Assembly (NCBI GenBank): GCA_021790815.1
Contig: JAJYFT010000001.1
Span: 27,777 to 91,776 of the forward strand
Length of the DNA: 64,000 nt
Direction of reading: 5' to 3'
From: Actinomycetes bacterium
GTDB lineage: Bacteria > Actinomycetota > Acidimicrobiia > Acidimicrobiales > JABEUL01
Below are positions 30,588-37,870 of the stretch, piece by piece. The notes under the pieces are model-generated. The model made no database searches. It saw only the letters and a program-made list of their open reading frames with translations, and had not been told where the DNA came from. The position numbers and the translations under genes are program-made. Positions within the stretch are counted from its first letter, which is position 1. Each line of letters starts with the position of its first letter.

Positions 30588-32120
30588 ATGACAAATAACA
30601 AAGGATGTCGGGAACTAAATGTAGACCCACAACATTCAAGCTACACATTTGAGCAAAAATTAGTTCCACCAAATAATCTCGTCGTAGAAAGTGAAGAACT
30701 TCTCAAGAACGGGTACCGCCTCGGGTTAGTATCAGCTCAAGATTATGGTGAAATAAAGTATATATCATACGTATTCTTGGCTGGGAATCCTGATCGAAGA
30801 GTGGAGATCATAGTGGAACTGAATCCCAAAAAGTCTGAGGTTCCATCATTAGGCTCCCTATCTTTTAGCGCCGGTAGATTTGAACGAGAATTTTTTGATC
30901 TTTTTGGCATAGTGCCATTAACTCATCCATTTTTACGACCTCTTGTATTCCATGGAAATTGGCCGATTAATTGGCATCCAATGGCATACAATGCAACTCA
31001 GCCGAAATTTGACGATGAAGGTACATACGAATTTCCATTTGTTGAGGTCAGTGGGGATGGCATATTTGAAATTCCAGTAGGTCCAGTTCATGCCGGACTC
31101 ATCGAGCCTGGTCATTTCAGATTTTCTGTGGTCGGTGAAACTATCGTAAAGATGAAAGCAAGACTTTGGTTTCTTCACAGAGGAATTGAAAAATCTTTTG
31201 AAGGCAAAACAATCGAAGGAGCACTTGAACTTTCTGAAAGAATTTCAGGTGACAGTGCGGTAGGTCACTCTCTTGCATTTTCATTGGCAGTTGAAGATTA
31301 CCTCAACATTAAGGTTGATGAAAATGAACAACTTCAACGAGCGCGTCTTCTTGAGCTTGAACGAATATATAACCATGTTAGTGATATTGGTGCCCTCTGC
31401 AATGACGTCGGTTACGGTGTTGCGAACGCATATGCTCAAATACTCAAAGAAGATCTTTTGAACTTTAATGCCAGCCTTACCGGTCATCGCTTGCTTCGCA
31501 ACTGTGCTGACTACTGCCGAAATAACAGACTTGATGACTTTAACATTAGTCAAATCAAGGATTTCACCGATAAGTTTGAAGATCTTATAAATCTAATTGA
31601 AAACAACTCAAGCGTCTTAGATCGCTTCGTTGGAACCGCAACTCTTTCACTAGATGATACAAAGACGCTAGGTGTATTAGGAGTCGTTGCAAAAGGTTCA
31701 TCTCTCCCATCTGATGCAAGGTACTCTCATCCCTTCGCTTTCAAAACCCCTGGCGTTACACCAACCACTGAAGAATCAGGGGACGTATTTTCGCGATACC
31801 GAGTAAGAGTCAACGAGGTTCGAGAATCATTTCAATTTGTCAAAGACCCTCATCAAGGTTTCGCTCTAGATTCAAATAGTAACTTTAAGAACAACAAAAA
31901 CATAAAACAATGCGGTATCGGGATTGTTGAAGGTTGGAGGGGGACAATTGTTTCACGAGTTGAACTAAATAGCGATAACACTATTAAGCGTTACAAAATT
32001 GTTGATCCATCATTTCTAAATTGGCCTGCACTATCAGTTGCTCTTAAAGACACCATTGTGCCCGACTTTCCTCTCGCAAACAAGAGTTTTAACCTTTCGT
32101 ACTCTGGAAATGATTTGTAG
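30588..32120 (+). CDS. hycE: NuoC-NuoD/HycE-like large subunit lacking all four Ni-Fe cysteine ligands
   Basis: 510 aa. NuoC-like N-domain (FEREFFDLFGI), then VGPVHAGLIEPGHFRF. The expected RxCGxCxxxH site reads ERISGDSAVGHS. The expected C-terminal DPCxxC reads FNLSYSGNDL at the protein end. Confidence 0.8.
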   Translation: MTNNKGCRELNVDPQHSSYTFEQKLVPPNNLVVESEELLKNGYRLGLVSAQDYGEIKYISYVFLAGNPDRRVEIIVELNPKKSEVPSLGSLSFSAGRFEREFFDLFGIVPLTHPFLRPLVFHGNWPINWHPMAYNATQPKFDDEGTYEFPFVEVSGDGIFEIPVGPVHAGLIEPGHFRFSVVGETIVKMKARLWFLHRGIEKSFEGKTIEGALELSERISGDSAVGHSLAFSLAVEDYLNIKVDENEQLQRARLLELERIYNHVSDIGALCNDVGYGVANAYAQILKEDLLNFNASLTGHRLLRNCADYCRNNRLDDFNISQIKDFTDKFEDLINLIENNSSVLDRFVGTATLSLDDTKTLGVLGVVAKGSSLPSDARYSHPFAFKTPGVTPTTEESGDVFSRYRVRVNEVRESFQFVKDPHQGFALDSNSNFKNNKNIKQCGIGIVEGWRGTIVSRVELNSDNTIKRYKIVDPSFLNWPALSVALKDTIVPDFPLANKSFNLSYSGNDL

Positions 32121-32185
32121 TTAAAATTCGCGTCTGCTTTTTTGATTACACCTTAACTAACTTGACTCATTAGTATTTGTTAATA

Positions 32186-32210
32186 CTAGATTGAGACACT
32201 AGATTAGACA
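32186..32210. repeat. short tandem direct repeat downstream of the Ehr operon
   Basis: ACTAGATTGAGAC followed directly by ACTAGATTAGAC. It is preceded by the inverted repeat TAGTATT-tgtt-AATACTA (32171..32188). Confidence 0.5.
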
Positions 32211-32293
32211 AACAATTTGATAGCGATGGTTTTAAAATCCAATAATTTAGTGATTACAATAAATTAGAACCACAGATTTGAGAAGTTCTAGGT

Positions 32294-32334
32294 GGGGAAT
32301 TTCAGTTAGCAGGTCTGGGGATTTTCAGTTAGCA
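32294..32334. repeat. two copies of an 18-nt direct repeat, 23-nt period
   Basis: GGGGAATTTCAGTTAGCA (32294..32311) and GGGGATTTTCAGTTAGCA (32317..32334), each preceded by GGT. Confidence 0.6.
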
Positions 32335-32339
32335 TCACC

Positions 32340-32700
32340 ATGACCTGCAATTTACTTCAACTCGAGGTGTGAATCTAGATCATGAACAATTTCAAACAGA
32401 CTTTGCTGTTCGTCCGATTTTGCCTAATGAGAGTGATTCTTTTAATGAGGTGCTTAGAACTTCTCACTGGCTTGATAGTGGTCTTGTTGGTGAGGCCATG
32501 CGCTATGTAGTAATAGAGAATGAGTAGAGGTGGCCACTTGCAGGTTTTGGTTCTTCTGGGCTTTAAGTTAAGCTCCTGCAATGAGCTTACCAATTGGAGT
32601 GGCTCCTAGTTATATAGGCATTTACACTACACAACTAAAAGCCAACTGTTATGTATCCGTGAGAAACGAGGCGGGATCATAGGTAATTCATCTTTCTAGA
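32340..32700 (+). pseudogene. decayed DUF4338-like gene fragment (frameshift plus in-frame stops)
   Basis: Plus-strand translation gives FAVRPILPNESDSFNEVLRTSHWLDSGLVGEAMRYVVIENE*RWPLAGFGSSGL. After a frameshift it gives GFKLSSCNELTNWSGS*...IIGNSSF*. This tracks the DUF4338 pattern I recall (VRPI...W..LM..HYLG...LVG..LRY......PLALLGF..AAWK...RD.WIGW....NN.RFLILP). Confidence 0.45.
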
Positions 32701-33023
32701 CATATCGTTTAGAAACTCCCAAAAGAAAGACCTTTTTCGCTCTTACTCCTCTCAGCGGTGATCTAAGTCTCTTCAATTTTGCATTAAATGACTGAATGAT
32801 GTTTTGAACAATCTTTTCATACAAACATCAAATTTCCTTTTTTCCTATCCAATAGGTTTACTGTTTTCATAACAGTCTAAAAACATCATTGAAAGTTCAG
32901 TATTTTGCAGGAGCAACGCTCAAATTTATACTCAACTTTTCAAAACCTTCGATTTCTCAAGTTTAGAAGTTTTCTTTACGTACACTTTCCTAAACCGTTG
33001 CGAAAAGTAGTTGGTTCGTGAAT

Positions 33024-33404
33024 CTATCTTTTAATACCTGGAGCACTTTCCTGATTTATGTCGTAAGAACTTCCAAAATCCATACTATTTAGCTCTATTA
33101 ACAACTGAGAGAACTCTTTTAAAGATGACGACAGAATATTTTTTGATACCGCTAAAAGATCAAAAATCTTACTGTCAACGACAGAATAGTAGACGGTAGA
33201 ACCAACTTTTCTAGTTTGAAGTATATTTGCCTTTCGAAGAATCGCAAGTTGATGTGATAGATGGGACGCTTCTATGCCAACTTTTGGAATTAACTCGCTT
33301 ACGGAAAATTCACCTTCTTGCAACACTTCAAGTATCCTTACGCGAGCGGGGTGTGCAAGAGTCTTAAAAAAATCTGCCTTGACCTGGTATATCGGCAAAG
33401 TCAC
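33024..33404 (-). CDS. ArsR/SmtB family transcriptional regulator (Rv0081-like)
   Basis: 126 aa, GTG start. KADFFKTLAHPARVRILEVLQEGEFSVSELIPKVGIEASHLSHQLAILRKANIL is a winged HTH of the ArsR type. The N-terminal block closely resembles what I recall of M. tuberculosis Rv0081 (KAEFFKTLAHPARIRILELL). Confidence 0.85.
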   Translation of the reverse strand: MTLPIYQVKADFFKTLAHPARVRILEVLQEGEFSVSELIPKVGIEASHLSHQLAILRKANILQTRKVGSTVYYSVVDSKIFDLLAVSKNILSSSLKEFSQLLIELNSMDFGSSYDINQESAPGIKR

Positions 33405-33702
33405 ATCAACACCATATCAGCAATCTATGACTCAAATTTGTATTTTGGAAAATACTTATAAGTGCACAACACATGCCTTTAATTTTAACATTTGAACGCT
33501 CTAGAAGTTTTCAATTAATAATGGTTATTTTCACTTCTATTTAATATTAAAATTATTTGCTATGCGACTTTAACTTCTTTCAAATAAACTCATTCAACTT
33601 AGGTCAAAATCACAGATAAGTGTAGGGTGCCTAGCATTTGAACCGACGCCTTGTCGTTTTCGAAAGCAAGACCGGTTTTAATGAATATTTCTCTATGGCT
33701 AC

Positions 33703-36474
33703 TCAGCCAGCTTTTTTAATCGAAACATAGATTGGCCGATCAACTGGAGCAGGCTGCCACTCCATAGGTGCATACCTAAGATGGCCGTATCCGCCTGCCA
33801 TATTTAACCATTTAACCATTCCAGGTTCAACTTCATTTGATCCGTCATGATTCTTAAACATGTGAGAGTCCCAACCATTGTAGATTGTTAGACCACTCGG
33901 ACGTTGAGAACTTGAAAGTTTCACTCTTACCTTATACTCTCCAACGTCATTAGATACCTCAATAAAGTCATTATCACTTATACCTAGTTCTTTTGCATCA
34001 TTTGGGTGCATGACTGCATGAGGTTCACCTCTATGGGTCTCTAACAACCACTTATTTCCCATATTCATTGCGTGAATTGACCACCTGTTATGACCGCCTG
34101 ACATTTTGAAGTAGTGATCGCCACCCATTAGAGGTGGAGACTTATGCACTGGGATATCTTCTCCAGCATCAAAAAACCAGTCATGTTCTATTAAAAATTG
34201 TGCTCTTCTAGTTAACGTCGGATAAGGTGTACCTCTCTCAATATGGTCACGAAATGGAGAGTGTGTTTCATTTTCTGGAAATGGCGAGGACTGTCCTTTA
34301 GCCATTGGCGAAATGCCCCATTCTTTGAACTTTATCCATCCATCTTTTCTTAGAGTTTCAAGTGTAGTAGCTTCTGGAAGCGTACCCGAATAAGCAGTGT
34401 CTCTCACCATCTCATTTCCAACGTCTTCATAGTTAAGTAAGTAACCATTTAATGTAAAGTTATCCCATAGCTTCGCATATGACTTGGAAATTTCTTGGCC
34501 AAACAGATCCTTCCCTTCATCAAACTTTTCAAGACCTCTCTCTGCTGCCACTTGCGATATCTTAAGTGATAGCGCTGCAAAAATCTCCCACTCATCTTTT
34601 GCCTCGCCAGGAGGTTCTGCTGCCTTATCGCTTAGCTGAAGAATTAACATAGATGGACTCGGCAGGTGAAAGTTAACCTTTTCGTAGTGCTGAGCTGCTG
34701 GAAGAAGAATGTCTGAGTTAAGACCGGTAACCGACATTCTCACGTCTACTGTAACGATAAGCTTAAGCTTGTTAAAAAGTGAGTCAATGACTACCCTTCG
34801 TCCACCTCTTGTTCTTCTAAGCATATTGCTTCCACATTCAATCAGCACTCTTAGATTTGTTTCAGGCCCAGGTTTTACTAAGCCGTCATACCAACCCTTC
34901 CCAATTGCTTCGTTTAGATAGTCATCAAAACTCTTTATCATCTTAGGATCATTAAAAGTTTTATTGTTCCAACGCTCCCGGTGTCCCTCGTGGAAGTACC
35001 ACAAGAAAAATGCGGGGAACATCGCTCTTCCACCGCTAGCAGCCATCTGCCTCCAGAGTTCAATGCTAGCTAAGACTTCATCCAGAGAAGGATCCTGATC
35101 CATCATTGCTTTTTCAACTTCTGCCATTGAGGTAAAAACATCATCAGCGCCTGCTACTCCAGGTCTCTCCTTTACCATCGTAGAAGTCTGTCCATCAAAA
35201 AGTCCTATTGCCCAGCAGTTTATCCCTGTACCTTTCTTGCCCCAATTTCCCGATATGCCAAGCAATAGATTCATCGTTCTTTGATACAGATCGGAGTGGT
35301 AGGCTTTGCAAGCTCCCATACCCATGAGAATCTTTGTTTTTTTGGTGGCAACTTTCCTGCTAAGTTGTCTTAAAAGGTCAGGATTCACCGTAGTGATGCT
35401 TTGAGTCATTTCGGGCGTGTACTCTTCATTAAGTGTTCTCTTAATCTTCTCATATAGTGGCTCAACTTCAACCTCTGAACCATCGATAAGCTTAACTTTA
35501 TAAGATCCAGTTAACTCTGCAACTTTAGAAGTTAACAGTTCAGTTTTGCTCGCCTCTTTTAACTCAAAACCAGAATTTAATTTAACTAAATGATAAAAAA
35601 GTTCCTTATCACCACCTTCTCTTAATTCAGACTCTCTCAAAAAAGTCCCTCTGTCTTTTCTGATCAAAAGGCTTAAGTCGGTCTGCGTCTTAATGAAATC
35701 TTCATCAGCTAGTCCCTCTTCTAAAATTACCTGACACATCGAAAGAGCAAGTGCTGGATCCGAACCCCATTCAACTGGAACATGATAGTCAACATGAGAA
35801 TGCGAAGGAGAAACGTCAGGTGAAAACAGTACGATCTCTCCACCATGATACCTTGACTCACTTAGATAATGAAAAAATGGTATACACGTATAGGCAGGGT
35901 TAGTGTGCCAGAGTATCAGCAGTTCTGAGTGAAATATATCATCATTAGATCCGATTGGATAAAATCTTCCGAAAGTTAAATGGTGACCAAGCGCAAGGTC
36001 GTTAATGGAGCCATTAATATCTGTTATTACGCCTCCAATTGTTCTCATGAATCTGTGAACAGCTGGAGCTACTACAACTTCAGGTGTACCTTCATGGATT
36101 ATAGATTCTGGCCCATCTTCTTCTATCGCGTCTACTATTGAATTTGCAATCTCACCAAGTGCCTCATCCCAAGTAATTCTCTCCCACTGTCCACTTCCTC
36201 TTTCTCCAACTCTCCTCATTGGGTGCAAGAGCCTGTCTTCACTGTCAAGCTGTTGTGACCATGCTGCACCTTTCTGGCACCCTAAAGGATTCATGTCAGG
36301 CACGCCTTCTTCAAAAGTTGGAAGAGTTCCAGTAACCTCTTCTCTTATGATTTTCCCGTCTTTTACATATACCCTATATGGGCAAGCTCCTGGATAGCAA
36401 TCAACACAGTGTGAACCGTGCGCAACTGAATCAAACTCAATTCGCTTTCTATATGAATCTTCTACTGTAGTCAT
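33703..36474 (-). CDS. molybdopterin oxidoreductase catalytic subunit, NarG/EbdA-like, paralog alpha-2, no Tat signal
   Basis: 923 aa. HCVDCYPGACPYRVYVKDGKIIREE ... MNPLGCQKG (H-x3-C-x4-C-xn-C). It shares many identical blocks with alpha-4. The N-terminus MTTVEDSYRKRIEFDS has no signal. Its ATG overlaps the rSAM stop (ATGA at 36471..36474). Confidence 0.85.
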   Translation of the reverse strand: MTTVEDSYRKRIEFDSVAHGSHCVDCYPGACPYRVYVKDGKIIREEVTGTLPTFEEGVPDMNPLGCQKGAAWSQQLDSEDRLLHPMRRVGERGSGQWERITWDEALGEIANSIVDAIEEDGPESIIHEGTPEVVVAPAVHRFMRTIGGVITDINGSINDLALGHHLTFGRFYPIGSNDDIFHSELLILWHTNPAYTCIPFFHYLSESRYHGGEIVLFSPDVSPSHSHVDYHVPVEWGSDPALALSMCQVILEEGLADEDFIKTQTDLSLLIRKDRGTFLRESELREGGDKELFYHLVKLNSGFELKEASKTELLTSKVAELTGSYKVKLIDGSEVEVEPLYEKIKRTLNEEYTPEMTQSITTVNPDLLRQLSRKVATKKTKILMGMGACKAYHSDLYQRTMNLLLGISGNWGKKGTGINCWAIGLFDGQTSTMVKERPGVAGADDVFTSMAEVEKAMMDQDPSLDEVLASIELWRQMAASGGRAMFPAFFLWYFHEGHRERWNNKTFNDPKMIKSFDDYLNEAIGKGWYDGLVKPGPETNLRVLIECGSNMLRRTRGGRRVVIDSLFNKLKLIVTVDVRMSVTGLNSDILLPAAQHYEKVNFHLPSPSMLILQLSDKAAEPPGEAKDEWEIFAALSLKISQVAAERGLEKFDEGKDLFGQEISKSYAKLWDNFTLNGYLLNYEDVGNEMVRDTAYSGTLPEATTLETLRKDGWIKFKEWGISPMAKGQSSPFPENETHSPFRDHIERGTPYPTLTRRAQFLIEHDWFFDAGEDIPVHKSPPLMGGDHYFKMSGGHNRWSIHAMNMGNKWLLETHRGEPHAVMHPNDAKELGISDNDFIEVSNDVGEYKVRVKLSSSQRPSGLTIYNGWDSHMFKNHDGSNEVEPGMVKWLNMAGGYGHLRYAPMEWQPAPVDRPIYVSIKKAG

Positions 36475-37760
36475 TTCTGCCTCCTTTTGGCTTTAACTTC
36501 TTTACTGAGAGCACTTTCGCTCCCCTTGAGTTCTTTTGAAACTGTACTTACTGGGAGGTTTAACTTAGCAAGCTCAACCATCCGCTTGAAAATAGGACCA
36601 GTATGCACAAAATACTGTTTGAGACCAATGCACAATTCGTGAACACCGTCACGGGCTCCGTTACGACCAACTTCATGAACAATTACATAACTGCTGCCTA
36701 ATTTCTTTCTATCTTTAGGACATCCTCCTCGACACAGATTTAGAAACTCACAAGACAAGCAATCATCACTTAATCTATCTTTCTTTGCATTTCCAAATTC
36801 CTCTTGAAAATCGGACTGAATCATGTCAATTAACTTATCGTTGGAGATATTTCCTAATAGATGCTCGTTGTTTACAAAGTGATCACATGAATACACCGAA
36901 CCATCATGTTCAACAACAAGCGCATTCCCACAAGTCTCTGCATTAATACAAAGACTCGCAGGTTTGTTTGAATGTGCTAACAGTGACTCAACAAAAGCCT
37001 GAACTATGATTGTTTCAACATCGTTTCTTACCCAAATATCAAATACAGTATTTAAAAAGTATCCGTACTGCTCAGGTTTGACTGATTCTTTTTTTAAGCT
37101 ACCATTTGAATCCCGGGCAACTATTGGAAGAAACTGTAACCAATTTGCTCCTAGACTTTTGAAGTAGTTGTATATTTCAGCCGGGTGATCAGCGTTAGTA
37201 GAATTTAAAGTACATAAAATATCAGGATTTATGCCAACTTCTAACAAGTTTTTAAACCCTTTAATTACATCTCGATGCGTTGAATACCCGTTTTTATAAC
37301 GCCTCGAAGCATCGTGTAACAATTTTGGTCCATCTAAACTCAATCCAACCCAGAACTTATTTTCGTAGAGAAACTTACACCACTCGTCATCTAACAAAAC
37401 ACCGTTAGTTTGAATAATATTTACAATCTTTTTCTCTACATCTTGCTCTTCAGCAATTCGTTTTTGAATCTCAAGTACTTCTTTAAAGAACTTAATGCCC
37501 ATTAAAGTTGGCTCACCACCATGCCAAACAAACTGAACTAATTCAAAATCTGAGGATTCAATTACATTTTTTACATAAGAATGCAAAACATCCTTTTGCA
37601 TTCTAAAATGTTCGCCTTTTTTAAAAAGGGATTTTTTTTCTAGGTAATAGCAGTATGTACAGTCCAAGTTGCATATCGGACCGCATGGCTTAACCATAGT
37701 AATAAACTCACGACTTCTGTCCTTTTTAATCTCGTTACTAAGATCTTGTGCCGTGGTCAT
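36471..37760 (-). CDS. radical SAM / SPASM-domain enzyme, anaerobic sulfatase-maturase (anSME)/QhpD-like
   Basis: 429 aa. CNLDCTYCYY radical SAM cluster motif near the N-terminus, GGEPTL, and C-terminal auxiliary-cluster motifs CGNALVVEHDGSVYSCDHF and CLSCEFLNLCRGGCPKDR. Confidence 0.85.
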   Translation of the reverse strand: MTTAQDLSNEIKKDRSREFITMVKPCGPICNLDCTYCYYLEKKSLFKKGEHFRMQKDVLHSYVKNVIESSDFELVQFVWHGGEPTLMGIKFFKEVLEIQKRIAEEQDVEKKIVNIIQTNGVLLDDEWCKFLYENKFWVGLSLDGPKLLHDASRRYKNGYSTHRDVIKGFKNLLEVGINPDILCTLNSTNADHPAEIYNYFKSLGANWLQFLPIVARDSNGSLKKESVKPEQYGYFLNTVFDIWVRNDVETIIVQAFVESLLAHSNKPASLCINAETCGNALVVEHDGSVYSCDHFVNNEHLLGNISNDKLIDMIQSDFQEEFGNAKKDRLSDDCLSCEFLNLCRGGCPKDRKKLGSSYVIVHEVGRNGARDGVHELCIGLKQYFVHTGPIFKRMVELAKLNLPVSTVSKELKGSESALSKEVKAKRRQK

Positions 37761-37771
37761 TTTCTCACCGT

Positions 37772-37870
37772 TTACGTCGCCAATTCTTCAGAATTACAAT
37801 TCTTACTATTTATCAACACCGAGTTGCACTTCTTTCCAGCGAAAACTCCCGTGTAGTAAAAGTCCGTCAT
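37772..37870 (-). CDS. candidate 32-aa Cys-containing peptide upstream of the radical SAM gene
   Basis: Below the ORF-track cutoff. ATG 37870..37868 overlaps the upstream TGA (ATGA). It encodes MTDFYYTGVFAGKKCNSVLINSKNCNSEELAT with a repeated K-x-C-N-S motif. TAA lies 11 nt before the rSAM ATG, with GGTGAG in between. A chance ORF is not excluded. Confidence 0.4.
   Translation of the reverse strand: MTDFYYTGVFAGKKCNSVLINSKNCNSEELAT

Noticed and set aside
24964-32120. Formate hydrogenlyase / true energy-converting [NiFe] hydrogenase
   Set aside because: All four Ni-Fe cysteine positions in the large subunit read Ser, Ser, Ser and Gly. No HycF-like subunit, formate dehydrogenase, hyp genes or maturation protease lie nearby.
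32294-32334. Possible CRISPR array or defence locus (repeats plus DUF4338/DruA-like fragment)
   Set aside because: Only two repeat copies of 18 nt are present, with a 5-nt spacer. There are no cas genes. The DUF4338-like frame is broken by stops, and no DruB-E-like genes are present.
32375-32593. 72-aa minus-strand ORF
   Set aside because: It is antisense to the better-supported, though decayed, DUF4338-like frame. Its sequence is basic and low-complexity, and it has no start context.
33441-33454. TATTTTGGAAAATA palindrome upstream of the ArsR gene as its operator
   Set aside because: The arms are only 6 bp and consist purely of A/T in AT-rich DNA, so chance occurrence is likely. It is noted only as a place to look if the regulator is tested.
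36471-37760. Bona fide anaerobic sulfatase-maturating enzyme
   Set aside because: The family resemblance is real, but the window has no sulfatase gene. I found no C/S-x-P/A-x-R target motif in the coupled alpha-2 protein. I therefore treat it as an anSME-like enzyme with an unknown substrate.
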